Shown: positions 23,473-33,865 of the stretch, piece by piece
Layout of the letters: each line of letters opens with the position of its first letter
Position numbering within the stretch: the first letter of the stretch is position 1
DNA from: Candidatus Omnitrophica bacterium UBA6233
GTDB lineage: Bacteria; Omnitrophota; Gorgyraeia; Gygaellales; Profunditerraquicolaceae
DNA length: 64,000 bases
Reading direction: 5' to 3'
NCBI GenBank assembly: GCA_002440965.1
Contig: DJWJ01000015.1
Span: forward strand, 34-64,033
Program-made: the position numbers and the translations under genes
Notes under the pieces: generated by a model
What the model saw: only the letters and a program-made list of their open reading frames with translations
Databases searched by the model: none
What the model was told of the DNA's origin: nothing

Positions 23473-26211
23473 TTATTTTTTCTTTCCCTTTAACACTGCT
23501 TGGGCTGCCGCAAGTTTTGCAATCGGAACTCTAAACGGCGAACAGCTTACGTAATTCATTCCTACCTTGTGGCAGAACTCGACTGACTTTGGCTCGCCGC
23601 CATGCTCGCCGCAAATTCCTACCTCAAGGTTTTTATTGGTTTTTCTGCCTCTTTCGATGCCGATCTTGATCAATTGGCCAATACCTTCCTGGTCAATGCT
23701 CTGGAACGGATCTTCCGGCAGTATGCCTTTTTTAATGTATTCCGGCACAAAACTTCCGATGTCATCACGGGAGAAACCAAATCCCATCTGGGTCAGATCA
23801 TTGGTTCCAAATGAGAAGAACTGCGCTACTGTTGCCAGTTTATCCGCGACTAAAGCCGCCCGCGGTATCTCGATCATCGTGCCAAACATATGCTTAATCG
23901 CTTTGAGATTGTATTTTTTCAAAACTTCCGCGTAAATTGCTTTGGCTATTACGAGCTGGTCGTCAAGTTCTTTAACATCGCAAACCACCGGGATCATTAT
24001 TTCCGGGTAAGGTTTTTTACCTTCTTTGATCAATTCAGCCGCTGCTTCAAATATGGCGCGGATCTGCATTGCGCTGATTTCCGGATAGGTCACACCTAGG
24101 CGCACACCGCGATGGCCCATCATGGGATTGGATTCATGCAAATTTTCAGCGCGTTTGGATAATTCTTCCATACTGATGTTCAGTTCCTTGGCAATCTCTT
24201 CCAATTTTGCCTGCTCGCGGGGAACAAACTCATGCAGAGGCGGGTCAAGCAAGCGGATAACTACTGGAAATCCGTCCATTGCCGCCAGCGTTCCTTTAAT
24301 ATCTTTTTTTACATACGGGAACAATTCTTCGGTAGCTTTCTTTCTTTCTTCCGTTGTTTTGGAAATGATCATTTTACGCAGGATAAATAACGGCTCATCC
24401 GCGCCTTTACCGTAGAACATATGCTCGGTTCTGAATAACCCTATTCCTTCGGCTCCGAATTGACGCGCTTTGGAAGCGTCTTCCGGAGTTTCAGCGTTGG
24501 TGCGGATACCGAGTTTTTTGATGGTGCCGCAGATCTTTAAGAAATCCATCAGCATTGTATTTTCTTCGGAAGCATCCATCATCGGAAGCTTGCCTTCGTA
24601 TACCGCGCCTTTGGTTCCGTTAAGAGTGATCCAATCGCCTTCTTTTAAGGTTTTGCCCCCTGCGCTGATTGTTTTGTTTTCGGAATCAACATGCAGGTCG
24701 CTTGCGCCTACGATACAGCATTTACCCCATCCGCGGGCAACTAAGGCTGCGTGGCTAGTCATTCCGCCGCGGGCAGTAAGGATTGCTTCAGCCGCGCGCA
24801 TACCTTCAACATCTTCAGGATTTGTCTCTTCGCGTAAAAGTATTACTTTTTTGCCCTGTTGTTTCCAGGCTACCGCGTCTTTAGCGTTAAAGACAATCTG
24901 TCCACACGCGCCTCCCGGGCCAGCAGGCAGACCTTTGACTAACGGTTTGCTCGTCGCTTCAACTTTAGGATCGATGATCGGGTGAAGCAATTCATCTAAT
25001 TGGCTGGGGGTAACGCGCATAACCGCTTCTTCTTTTTTAATCAGTTTTTCTTTGATCATATCCATACACATGCGTACTGCTGCCGGGCCATTACGTTTTC
25101 CTACGCGGCACTGCAACATAAAGAGTCTCCCCTTTTCAATGGTAAACTCGATATCCTGCATATCATGGTAATGATTTTCCAGGCGTTCCTGGATCGCGAA
25201 AAGTTCTTTGTAAATTGCGGGCATACCTTTTTCCAGTGTCAGTAAATCTTTGTTATGCGCTGACTGGGAAAATGTGTTGATTGGAGCTGGCGTTCTGATG
25301 CCGGCAACTACATCTTCGCCTTGAGCGTTGATTAAATACTCGCCGTAGAAATGAGGATCGCCGTTTCCGGGATTACGGGTAAAAGCCACACCGGTAGCTG
25401 AATCATTACCCATGTTTCCGAAAACCATGGTTTGCACGTTTACCGCTGTTCCCCATTCATCCGGTATGCCTTCGATTCGGCGATAGCTGATTGCGCGCTT
25501 GCCGTTCCAGGAAGAAAATACCGCGCTAATACCTCCCCATAATTGCTGCATTGGCTCGTCTGGAAATTCTTTGCCTAAAACTTCTTTGATCTTTATTTTA
25601 TATCTGGCGCAGATATCTTTCAGGTCGGAAAGAGTCAAATCCGTATCCGCCTTAGAACCCCTCTTCTGCTTTACTTCATCCATAATCCGTTCAAGCTGTT
25701 TACGGATACCCAGGTCATCCTTTGGTTCGATGCCGGCTGCTTTTTCCATAACTACGTCGGAGTACATTGTAATCAGCCTGCGGTAAGCATCATAAACAAA
25801 GCGTTCATTGCCGCCTGCTTGCTTGATCAAACCGGGGATTGTTTTTTCAGTTAACCCTACGTTTAAAACCGTCTCCATCATTCCAGGCATGGATTTTCTG
25901 GCTCCAGAACGCACCGAAACTAAAAGCGGATTCGTCGAATCGCCGAATTTTCTACCCATAAGTTTTTCAACGGTAGCCAGCGCTTTTTCAACCTGGGCTT
26001 TTAGTTCTTTGGGGTAAGATTTTTTATGTTCATAATAATAAGTGCAGACTTCCGTAGTGAGAGTAAATCCGGGAGGAACAGGAAGTTTTAAATTTTTATG
26101 GCCGGCCATTTCCGCTAGGTTCGCGCCTTTGCCGCCTAAAAGATTTTTCATACTTTCATTGCCATCTGCTTTGCCGCCGCCAAAACTGTAAACATACTTT
26201 TTGGTACTCAT
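23473..26211 (-). CDS. ppdK: Pyruvate, phosphate dikinase
   Basis: 'MSTKKYVYSFGGGKADGNESMKNLLGGKGANLAEM' canonical PPDK start; PEP-utilising and TIM-barrel domains throughout. The ORF-track N-terminal 26 aa read into the upstream palindrome and are not included. Confidence 0.9.
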   Translation of the reverse strand: MSTKKYVYSFGGGKADGNESMKNLLGGKGANLAEMAGHKNLKLPVPPGFTLTTEVCTYYYEHKKSYPKELKAQVEKALATVEKLMGRKFGDSTNPLLVSVRSGARKSMPGMMETVLNVGLTEKTIPGLIKQAGGNERFVYDAYRRLITMYSDVVMEKAAGIEPKDDLGIRKQLERIMDEVKQKRGSKADTDLTLSDLKDICARYKIKIKEVLGKEFPDEPMQQLWGGISAVFSSWNGKRAISYRRIEGIPDEWGTAVNVQTMVFGNMGNDSATGVAFTRNPGNGDPHFYGEYLINAQGEDVVAGIRTPAPINTFSQSAHNKDLLTLEKGMPAIYKELFAIQERLENHYHDMQDIEFTIEKGRLFMLQCRVGKRNGPAAVRMCMDMIKEKLIKKEEAVMRVTPSQLDELLHPIIDPKVEATSKPLVKGLPAGPGGACGQIVFNAKDAVAWKQQGKKVILLREETNPEDVEGMRAAEAILTARGGMTSHAALVARGWGKCCIVGASDLHVDSENKTISAGGKTLKEGDWITLNGTKGAVYEGKLPMMDASEENTMLMDFLKICGTIKKLGIRTNAETPEDASKARQFGAEGIGLFRTEHMFYGKGADEPLFILRKMIISKTTEERKKATEELFPYVKKDIKGTLAAMDGFPVVIRLLDPPLHEFVPREQAKLEEIAKELNISMEELSKRAENLHESNPMMGHRGVRLGVTYPEISAMQIRAIFEAAAELIKEGKKPYPEIMIPVVCDVKELDDQLVIAKAIYAEVLKKYNLKAIKHMFGTMIEIPRAALVADKLATVAQFFSFGTNDLTQMGFGFSRDDIGSFVPEYIKKGILPEDPFQSIDQEGIGQLIKIGIERGRKTNKNLEVGICGEHGGEPKSVEFCHKVGMNYVSCSPFRVPIAKLAAAQAVLKGKKK

Positions 26212-26241
26212 TGCTTTTAAAACCCTGCCTTTCTTATCTTC

Positions 26242-26316
26242 AGGGACGGTTCTCAAGCCAATCTTAAAGTGTCCCCCTAATGGGGACACTTTTGCCTTGA
26301 GTTGAGAACCGTCCCT
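26242..26316. repeat. GC-rich palindromic element, long form with nested hairpin (AGGGACGGTTCTCAA...GTGTCCCC-n5-GGGGACAC...TTGAGAACCGTCCCT)
   Basis: Same termini as 12675; near-identical copy at 37276-37350. Confidence 0.8.
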
Positions 26317-27619
26317 AAACTAATTTGTTGGACAAATATTCTTTTAATTTCTCTACTGGAATTCTCTCTTGTTGCATGGTATCACGGTCGCGAACAGTAA
26401 CTTGTTTGTCCTCCAGGCTCTGCACGTCAACCGTAACGCAAAAAAGCGTTCCTACCTCGTCCTGTCTTCGGTAAAGTTTGCCGATCGCGCCGGTATCATC
26501 ATAAACCGTAACAATAGTTTTCTTCAGATCCTGGGCGATTTTCTTAGCGAGTTCGACTATTTCCGGCCTGTTCCTTAAAAGCGGCAGCACTGCCACTTTG
26601 GTGGGAGCCAGGTCTTTGTGGATCTTTAAAACTACACGCAGGTCTTCTCTGACTTTTTCTTCGTGATAGGCATCTACCAAAAACGCCAAAACTGCCCGGT
26701 CAACTCCGCCCGAAGGCTCGATTATATAGGGGTAAAATCTTTCTTTTGCCGCGTCGTCAAAATACTGCAAGTCTTTACCGCTGTGCTGGGAATGTTGTTT
26801 TAGATCAAAATCCGTGCGGTTGGCAATTCCTTCCAGTTCGCTCCAGCCGAAAGGAAAATTGTATTCTACGTCAGTGCAGGCGCGGGCATAGTGCGCCAAT
26901 TCGTCTTTATCGTGCTGGCGTTGTCTCAAGCTTTCTTTTTTTATTCCGAGGCCAAGATACCAGTTAAAGCGGTAGGAAATCCATTCGTCAAGCGCCCTGT
27001 CTGCGTCAAGCGGCCGGACAAAATATTCAATCTCCATCTGTTCAAATTCCCTGGTGCGGAAAGTAAAATTCCCCGGAGTAATTTCATTGCGGAAAGATTT
27101 TCCGATTTGCGCCAAACCAAAGGGGAGTTTGGGATGCCGGGAATCAAGAATATTCAAAAAATTCACAAACATGCCTTGGGCAGTTTCCGGCCGCATATAT
27201 ATTTCATTGCCGCTTTCTTCTACCGGCCCCTGGTAGGTTTTAAACATCAGGTTAAAGGCCTTAGCTTCAGTGAGCGCGCCGCCACATTCAGGGCATTTGT
27301 TTTTATCCTTAAGGTCCTCGCTCTTGAAACGTTTTTTACAATTTTTACAGTCGCTCTTTAAATCGAAAAAATTCTGCACGTGTCCCGAAGCTTCCCAGAC
27401 TTTAGGGTGCATAAGGATAGCCGCGTCCATGCCGAAAATATCATTACGCTCGTAAACATTCGCCTTCCACCAGGCGCGCTTAAGGTTATTCTTAAGCTCA
27501 ACGCCGTATGGGCCGTAATCCCAGGTATTGCTTAGGCCTCCGTAAATATCCGAAGACTGGAATATAAAACCTCTGCGTTTGCAAAGGGAAACTATTTTTT
27601 CCATCAGGTTATCGCTCAT
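26315..27619 (-). CDS. glyQS: Glycine--tRNA ligase (alpha2 dimeric type)
   Basis: 'LCKRRGFIFQSSDIYGGLSNTWDYGPYGVELKNNLKRAWW' matches the GlyQS N-terminus. The first 13 ORF-track codons are a likely extension. Confidence 0.9.
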   Translation of the reverse strand: MSDNLMEKIVSLCKRRGFIFQSSDIYGGLSNTWDYGPYGVELKNNLKRAWWKANVYERNDIFGMDAAILMHPKVWEASGHVQNFFDLKSDCKNCKKRFKSEDLKDKNKCPECGGALTEAKAFNLMFKTYQGPVEESGNEIYMRPETAQGMFVNFLNILDSRHPKLPFGLAQIGKSFRNEITPGNFTFRTREFEQMEIEYFVRPLDADRALDEWISYRFNWYLGLGIKKESLRQRQHDKDELAHYARACTDVEYNFPFGWSELEGIANRTDFDLKQHSQHSGKDLQYFDDAAKERFYPYIIEPSGGVDRAVLAFLVDAYHEEKVREDLRVVLKIHKDLAPTKVAVLPLLRNRPEIVELAKKIAQDLKKTIVTVYDDTGAIGKLYRRQDEVGTLFCVTVDVQSLEDKQVTVRDRDTMQQERIPVEKLKEYLSNKLV

Positions 27620-27667
27620 AAGACTTTTATTTCTAGCACAGTTTGGAATAAAAATCAAGCAAATTAC

Positions 27668-28381
27668 TTAAGCCGGGGAGATCGTGGATATAATTGAATA
27701 TACTTTATTCAAATCCAATGTTTTAAACCTATCTTTTATGTAAACCTTGAAGAAATCTCCTTCTTTAGTAAGTATGGTGCAGTCAAAGAAATATGCCGGC
27801 CCGGTTAAATTATAGTTTAGAAAATAATTCCGTTCGTTCGACTTAAATTGAATCATTTTAGCCGTTTTCTGGTCTCCCAGATCCGGAGTAAAAATACTTT
27901 TTAGAATTACAAAAAAAGCGTCATTGATGCTGTTGATTTTGGACTCATTCGCGCACATTAAAGAACGCATGAATTCATAGTTATCTTTGATGCCTGAATT
28001 TTTAACTTGTGGAAATAGGTTGATAAAAAAACCCGGCGGTTGATGCAGGATGTAGATTACGGGTTCAACGCTGCGTGATTTCTTCTTTTTGTAGTAAGGT
28101 TTGGCTACTAACTCTTGAACGACCCGGAAGCCCTTGGGCACGCTTATTTCTGTTTTTGGAAATTTATGCGGAATGAGTTCTTGAAGGTAAATTTTGTCTA
28201 CTATGAAAGTTTCCGTTGTATCTTGAGGGCTCATGCATAAAATCGGGATTTTTGCGCAGTCTCCGATACCGGTTGCGATATAGGCGCGTAAGAGCTGCGG
28301 AAGCCCGAATTTTAACACAAAAATAATAGCCGCGCAAAGAACAAGCGTAAGCAAAACCCGTTTTGTTGCTTTCTTTTTCAT
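27668..28381 (-). CDS. Hypothetical membrane-anchored protein
   Basis: N-terminal TM helix; no recognisable domain. Confidence 0.4.
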   Translation of the reverse strand: MKKKATKRVLLTLVLCAAIIFVLKFGLPQLLRAYIATGIGDCAKIPILCMSPQDTTETFIVDKIYLQELIPHKFPKTEISVPKGFRVVQELVAKPYYKKKKSRSVEPVIYILHQPPGFFINLFPQVKNSGIKDNYEFMRSLMCANESKINSINDAFFVILKSIFTPDLGDQKTAKMIQFKSNERNYFLNYNLTGPAYFFDCTILTKEGDFFKVYIKDRFKTLDLNKVYSIISTISPA

Positions 28382-29202
28382 ATTTTTTTCAACTCTTCCT
28401 CTTTTATGCTGAAGAAATGTTCGGGCGCGGGAAATTCTCCTTTTAATACTTCATTTTTATAATCTTCTATCGCCTTAAGGATTAATGGGGAAAGGTTTAA
28501 ATATTTTTTGACGAATTTCGGAGTGTAGCGCTCAAAAAGCCCGAGCATATCATTAATTACCAGCACTTGTCCGTCGCAACTGACGCCGGCTCCGATGCCA
28601 ATGGTCGGTATCTTTAATTTCTTGGTAATGATTTCGGATAATTTATCCGGGACGCATTCAAGGAGAACTGAAAAACAACCCAAGTTTTCCAGTTTCTGAG
28701 CTTGTTCGATCAATCTACGGGCAGTATCCGCGTCTTTGCCCTGGACCTTAAATCCTCCTAATTTATCCGCAGTTTGAGGAGTAAGGCCGATATGTCCCAT
28801 TACCGGTATCCCCGCTTCGATTATTTTTCGGGTTACCTCCGGGCATCTATCAAACCATTCCAGTTTTATCGCGCTGCAATCAGCCTCGTTGATGAATCTC
28901 TTTGCGTTCTTTACGGATTCTTCGGTATTGATTTGGTATGATTCGTAAGGCATATCCCCGACAACTAACGCTCTATTCACCGCGCGCCTTACTGCTTTGG
29001 CGTGGTGAAGCATTTCAGTCATTCCAACTTTGGTGGTCGAATCAAGGCCCAGCACGACATTTGCCAGAGAATCGCCTACTAAAATAATATCAATTCCTGC
29101 TCTATCCACAAGGCTCGCTATGGGGTAATCGTAAGCAGTGAGCATAGTTATTTTGCGTTTGCCTTTTAAAGCTAAGATATCGTCAATCGTTATCTTGTCC
29201 AT
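28378..29202 (-). CDS. panB: 3-methyl-2-oxobutanoate hydroxymethyltransferase
   Basis: 'KITMLTAYDYP...ILVGDSLANVVLGLDSTTKVGMTEMLHHAKAV'. Confidence 0.9.
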   Translation of the reverse strand: MDKITIDDILALKGKRKITMLTAYDYPIASLVDRAGIDIILVGDSLANVVLGLDSTTKVGMTEMLHHAKAVRRAVNRALVVGDMPYESYQINTEESVKNAKRFINEADCSAIKLEWFDRCPEVTRKIIEAGIPVMGHIGLTPQTADKLGGFKVQGKDADTARRLIEQAQKLENLGCFSVLLECVPDKLSEIITKKLKIPTIGIGAGVSCDGQVLVINDMLGLFERYTPKFVKKYLNLSPLILKAIEDYKNEVLKGEFPAPEHFFSIKEEELKKI

Positions 29203-29252
29203 ATCGGCTCCTTTCGTCTCAACTTTAGCTAGCCTCGGGTGGTCTCAAGATT

Positions 29253-31847
29253 TTATTCATAACCGTATTTTTTGATAAACCACATTTTGACTCTCTGCAC
29301 TATAAATAAATAACTGACAACCATTATAATAAGGGCAATAAAATATGCTCCTGGCGGCGTAACGAAACCGAATGGTTTTGCTAGCGGCGAAAAAGTAATA
29401 AGTATACCTATGGTGATTATGAATAACGAAGTCATTATTAAAGAAAAGCTCGGCCAGCTTTCCACGAACGGGATTTTTCCCGTGCGAATTACATATATGA
29501 CAAGGGTTTGAGTGCAAAGGGATTCAATGAACCAGCCGGTGTGGAATAATTCTGCCGAAGAGCGGAATATGAATAACATAACTCCGAAAGTGATAAAGTC
29601 GAATATTGAGCTGATTGGGCCGATAATCATCATAAAATTTTTGATGTATTTTACGTTCCATGGCCGGGGTTTTTCCAGGTATTGTTTATCAACCCGGTCA
29701 GTGGGGATGGCTATTTGCGAAAGATCGTAGAGGAAGTTATTGAGGAGTATTTGGATGGGCAGCATCGGTAGAAACGGCAAAAATGAACTGCCTCCTGTCA
29801 TGCTAAACATATTGCCGAAGTTCGAGCTTGAGCCCATTTTGATATATTTTACAATATTTCCAAAGGTTTTTCTTCCTTCGATGACCCCGTCTTCCAAGAC
29901 CATCAGGCTCTTTTTAAGCAGGATCATATCAGCGGATTCCTTGGCGATATCCACCGCGTTATTCACGGAAATTCCGACATCCGAGGTTTTTAAGGCAGGC
30001 GCGTCATTTATGCCGTCTCCCAGGTATCCTACAATATGGTTGTTTTCATGAAGGCATTTTATAATTCTTTCTTTTTGTAAAGGCGACAGGCGCGCAAAGA
30101 CATTGGTAGTCTCTACGGTTTCGCAAAGCTGCGCATCCGTTAATTTTTCGACATTGTCTCCGGTAAGAAGGCCTTTAATATTCAGTCCGACCTCATTACA
30201 AATTTTCCGCGTAACCAGTTCATTGTCTCCGGTTAGGACCTTGAAATCTATGCCGAGTTTATTTAATGCCAATATAGCTCTTTTTGCGCTTGGTTTAGGC
30301 GGGTCAAGAAACGCGACATATCCTTTTAAAATCAAACCTCTTTCATCATCTTTAGAATATATGTTTTTCTTTTCCGTTATGTCGTTATAGGCGATAGCCA
30401 AAACCCTGAAGCCATCGGTGCTGAGCCGGTCGCATTCTTCTTTCAGGTCGGTCAGAAGCCACTCTTCCATCTCTTGTATTTCGCCGTCAAGCTCGTACCT
30501 GTTGCATCTTTTGAAGATTTCTTCGGGAGCGCCTTTAGCAATTATTTTATGCACATTGTTCATATCCACTACCACCGACATTATTCTTCTCGAGAAATCA
30601 AAAGGAATCTCATCTATTTTCTTAAAATCCTGCACAGCCAGTTTTTCATGCTTAAGTATCGCTCTATCCAAAAGATTTTTCAGCCCTGTTTGGTAAAAAC
30701 TATTGGTGTAAGCCAGCTGTAGCACGCTGTCATCTTCTTTCCTTACCACATCACAGTGTTTTTCCAAAACAATCTTATCCATGGTGAGTGTGCCTGTTTT
30801 ATCTGTGCAAAGCACATCCATGGCTCCGAAATTCTGTATGGAATTAAGACGTTTTACGATAACCTGCTTTTTGGACATTGCAATCGCGCCCTTAGAGAGA
30901 TTTATAGCGACTAACATTGGGAGCATCTCAGGGGTCAGCCCCACTGCTACGCCCAATGAAAAAAGCAGGGATTCGATAAAATTTCCCCGGCGTAAAACAT
31001 TAACGCCCAGGATAAAAATTACCATAAAAATCATGGCGCGGATCATCAGCCATGTAAATTTATGTATCCCTTTATCAAAGCCGGTTTGTATCCTGATATT
31101 CGCCAGCTTTCTGGAAAGCTCGCCAAATTGAGTGGACATTCCCGTTTTGATTACCACTCCCAGCGCTGTGCCGCTTACGACACTGGAGCCCATAAAAACG
31201 ATATTTGACTGGTTGGAAGCAGAGTTATCTTTAGAAGGCAGATTGACGGCGGATTTTTCTATTGGAAAAGATTCCCCGGTTAAAGAGGCCTGATTAATAA
31301 ACAGGTCTTTGCAAGATAATATCCTCAAGTCTGCCGGAATCATATCTCCGGCAAACAGGTCTATGATATCTCCGGGGACTATTTCTTTGATTTTAACTTC
31401 TTTTGCTTTTGCGTTTCGGTAAACAGTAGCGGTGGCCCGGACCATTTCGCTTAGTTTTTCCGCCTCTTTTCCGGCTTTGTATTCCTGAAAGAAGCCCAAG
31501 AAAACGCTCATCAAGGCCATCAGAGAAACTATAAGGGCGCTTAATTTTTCTCCGAAAAAAAGTGAAAAACCGCCGATTATTAAAAGCACGATTACCAGAG
31601 GATTAACGAATTTGAGGAGTATTTGGGTAAGTATAGTGCGTTTTTTCTTCCGGGCAGGTTCATTATAGCCGAATTCCTGCAGGCGTTTTTCCGCCTCCTT
31701 TTCCGTTAAACCCCTTTCCGATGTTTCTAATTTAGTATAAAGCTCTTCAATAGGGCAGTTTAAATAATTAAAATTAAGCGTTTGGGGCTTGGAATTCCCG
31801 GATAATTTCAATTTATGATTGCTTAAACCGTTATTTTTTGCCGGCAT
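29253..31847 (-). CDS. mgtA: Magnesium-translocating P-type ATPase (MgtA-like)
   Basis: 'DKTGTLT' phosphorylation site, 'GDGINDAPAL', and the MgtA-type C-terminus 'TGWFIESLCTQTLVIYVIRTGKIPF'. Confidence 0.8.
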   Translation of the reverse strand: MPAKNNGLSNHKLKLSGNSKPQTLNFNYLNCPIEELYTKLETSERGLTEKEAEKRLQEFGYNEPARKKKRTILTQILLKFVNPLVIVLLIIGGFSLFFGEKLSALIVSLMALMSVFLGFFQEYKAGKEAEKLSEMVRATATVYRNAKAKEVKIKEIVPGDIIDLFAGDMIPADLRILSCKDLFINQASLTGESFPIEKSAVNLPSKDNSASNQSNIVFMGSSVVSGTALGVVIKTGMSTQFGELSRKLANIRIQTGFDKGIHKFTWLMIRAMIFMVIFILGVNVLRRGNFIESLLFSLGVAVGLTPEMLPMLVAINLSKGAIAMSKKQVIVKRLNSIQNFGAMDVLCTDKTGTLTMDKIVLEKHCDVVRKEDDSVLQLAYTNSFYQTGLKNLLDRAILKHEKLAVQDFKKIDEIPFDFSRRIMSVVVDMNNVHKIIAKGAPEEIFKRCNRYELDGEIQEMEEWLLTDLKEECDRLSTDGFRVLAIAYNDITEKKNIYSKDDERGLILKGYVAFLDPPKPSAKRAILALNKLGIDFKVLTGDNELVTRKICNEVGLNIKGLLTGDNVEKLTDAQLCETVETTNVFARLSPLQKERIIKCLHENNHIVGYLGDGINDAPALKTSDVGISVNNAVDIAKESADMILLKKSLMVLEDGVIEGRKTFGNIVKYIKMGSSSNFGNMFSMTGGSSFLPFLPMLPIQILLNNFLYDLSQIAIPTDRVDKQYLEKPRPWNVKYIKNFMMIIGPISSIFDFITFGVMLFIFRSSAELFHTGWFIESLCTQTLVIYVIRTGKIPFVESWPSFSLIMTSLFIITIGILITFSPLAKPFGFVTPPGAYFIALIIMVVSYLFIVQRVKMWFIKKYGYE

Positions 31848-31876
31848 ATTTATTGATTATTTAGTTTTACTCTTTT

Positions 31877-32848
31877 TTAGTGATTTTGAGTATTGATTTC
31901 CTGAATAGATTTTATTTCCGCATTGTCAAACTGTTTTGCCAGTCTCTCTCCCTTATCTTTGCCTAGGACAAAGATAGCTGTGGCCAGAGCATCTGCGGTT
32001 AATCCATCTTTGGCCGCGATTGATACGGAACTTATGTTTGATTCGGCCGGATATCCTGTTTTAGGGTTTAATATATGCGGGTAACGTCTTTTATCCTTTA
32101 TGAAATACTGTTCGGAGTCTCCGGAAGTTGCTATAGCCTGATTTTTTAATTCCAAACATGCGGCTAAATTCCTCCCGCGCGAACCTGCTACGCCTATATT
32201 CCAAGGCCTTCCGAATTTATCGCCTAAACAGTAAACTTCTCCTCCGGCGTTAATAAGGCAGCTATCGATTCCCGCTTCTTTTAATTTTTTGATTGCGCAA
32301 TCCAAGGCATAACCTTTAGCTATACCGCCAAGGTCTATTTTTACTCCGGAAATCTTAAATTGTATCACATTATCAAATTCCTGCAAAATAATTTTATCCG
32401 ATCCGACCAGCTTCAAAGTTTCTTCAATCTTTTTCCTGCTCGGGAGGCAATATTGTTTATTGGTGAATCCCCAAAGATCCATAAGCGCAGCTACGGTTAT
32501 GTCGAAAGCCCCATCCGAAGCCTGCCAAAATTCCTTGGAACGTTTTATTATATAAAATGTCTCGGGACTTGCCTTTAGATAGCCGGTTTTATTTAATTGC
32601 GCCACTTCGCTTTGCGGATTATATTTGCTTAAAAGTTTTTCGATTCGGGTAATTTCGGTGAATACTATTTCCGGAGCTCGAGGATTTGGGGATATAACTT
32701 TTACAAAGGTCCCCATCATCAGGCGTTCTTGACAATAAAGCCTTTTGTTTTGATGGCTGCGTATAAATAAAAAAACAAACGCTACTCCTCCTATTAACGC
32801 AATTACCAGGCATCTTCTCATTCTATTGCCATGCATAACTCGACCCAT
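31877..32848 (-). CDS. apbE: FAD:protein FMN transferase (ApbE family)
   Basis: 'GGIAKGYALD' motif; N-terminal membrane/lipoprotein anchor. Confidence 0.8.
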   Translation of the reverse strand: MGRVMHGNRMRRCLVIALIGGVAFVFLFIRSHQNKRLYCQERLMMGTFVKVISPNPRAPEIVFTEITRIEKLLSKYNPQSEVAQLNKTGYLKASPETFYIIKRSKEFWQASDGAFDITVAALMDLWGFTNKQYCLPSRKKIEETLKLVGSDKIILQEFDNVIQFKISGVKIDLGGIAKGYALDCAIKKLKEAGIDSCLINAGGEVYCLGDKFGRPWNIGVAGSRGRNLAACLELKNQAIATSGDSEQYFIKDKRRYPHILNPKTGYPAESNISSVSIAAKDGLTADALATAIFVLGKDKGERLAKQFDNAEIKSIQEINTQNH

Positions 32849-32897
32849 AACTTGTAGTACGCCCGCAATAACCTGTAAAAACAGCTAAAATACCCGG

Positions 32898-33842
32898 CTA
32901 AGAAAATCGTTCTTGATTAATAGATATGCTGTAGCTTGATTCAATTGTTTTAACCAAGTCCACCAGCATTGTGTTTACGGGCACAGAAATTCCTAGTTCT
33001 TGGCCGAGTCTTACGATTACCCCGTTTATAAAGTCGATTTCCGTGCGTTTTTTACGCAGGACGTCTTGCAGCATGGAAGAAATATTTCCCGCGGTAGCTT
33101 CGCATACAGCTTCGACTTTAGCCAATGGATCATCATAGGTAAGTTTTATTCTTTTCCTTTTGGCTACGCGGATTGATTCAGTGACTGCTTCGCGCATAAT
33201 CCTGCGGGAGCCTTCGAATTCAATTAATCTGCCGTTATTAAGATGTGTCAGGGCGGTCAAGGCATTTATACCGGTGTTAATGATTAATTTTGACCAAAGC
33301 AGGCCCTTTATATCTTTAGAAATACGCGTTTCCAGTCCTACCTTGTTAAAAAGCTCGCGTATTGTGCGCATTTCTACAGTGATCTTTGCGTCCATTCGCC
33401 CGATTACCGTTTCTCCTTTGCCGGCGTATTTAGCTTTTCCGGTATCAAGCAGGGTGACTCCTAGATTTGTTATTCCTCCGATAATATTTTGGGCTCCGAT
33501 TATTTCACTGATCATTTCAATATTGCCTATACCGTTTTGCAGGGTTAAAACGGAGGTATTTTCGCTGATTAGCGCTTTTGAACGAGTTATGGCGGTTTTA
33601 GTATCATAAGATTTAACGCAAAGTATGAGTAGATTTACAACCCCTATATCTTTGATATCGGCGCTTGCTTTGGGATTACAGCGCCACTCTCCGGATAAAC
33701 CGACAAGGCTTACGCCGTTTTTATTGATGTTTTCGGCGCGTTCTTTATTGTAATCGAGGATCCATATTTCTTCCTTGGATTTAGATAAAAAAGAAGCCAG
33801 CAGGCAACCCATTGCTCCCGGGCCAACAATAGCTATTTTCAT
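32898..33842 (-). CDS. panE: 2-dehydropantoate 2-reductase
   Basis: 'MKIAIVGPGAMGCLLASFLS' Rossmann start and the ApbA C-terminal domain. Confidence 0.8.
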   Translation of the reverse strand: MKIAIVGPGAMGCLLASFLSKSKEEIWILDYNKERAENINKNGVSLVGLSGEWRCNPKASADIKDIGVVNLLILCVKSYDTKTAITRSKALISENTSVLTLQNGIGNIEMISEIIGAQNIIGGITNLGVTLLDTGKAKYAGKGETVIGRMDAKITVEMRTIRELFNKVGLETRISKDIKGLLWSKLIINTGINALTALTHLNNGRLIEFEGSRRIMREAVTESIRVAKRKRIKLTYDDPLAKVEAVCEATAGNISSMLQDVLRKKRTEIDFINGVIVRLGQELGISVPVNTMLVDLVKTIESSYSISINQERFS

Positions 33843-33865
33843 ATTCTACCTCCTGTTCTTATGAC

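Noticed and set aside
24470-24985. Long antisense ORFs inside large - strand genes (for example 24470..24985 and 23567..23935 in ppdK, 50784..51371 in uvrB, 57912..58478 in lysC, 33160..33609 in panE, 41841..42320 in dnaE)
   Set aside because: They lie entirely within well-supported homologous genes on the other strand, have low-complexity composition (Ser/Ile/Phe-rich) and no RBS. They are shadow ORFs.
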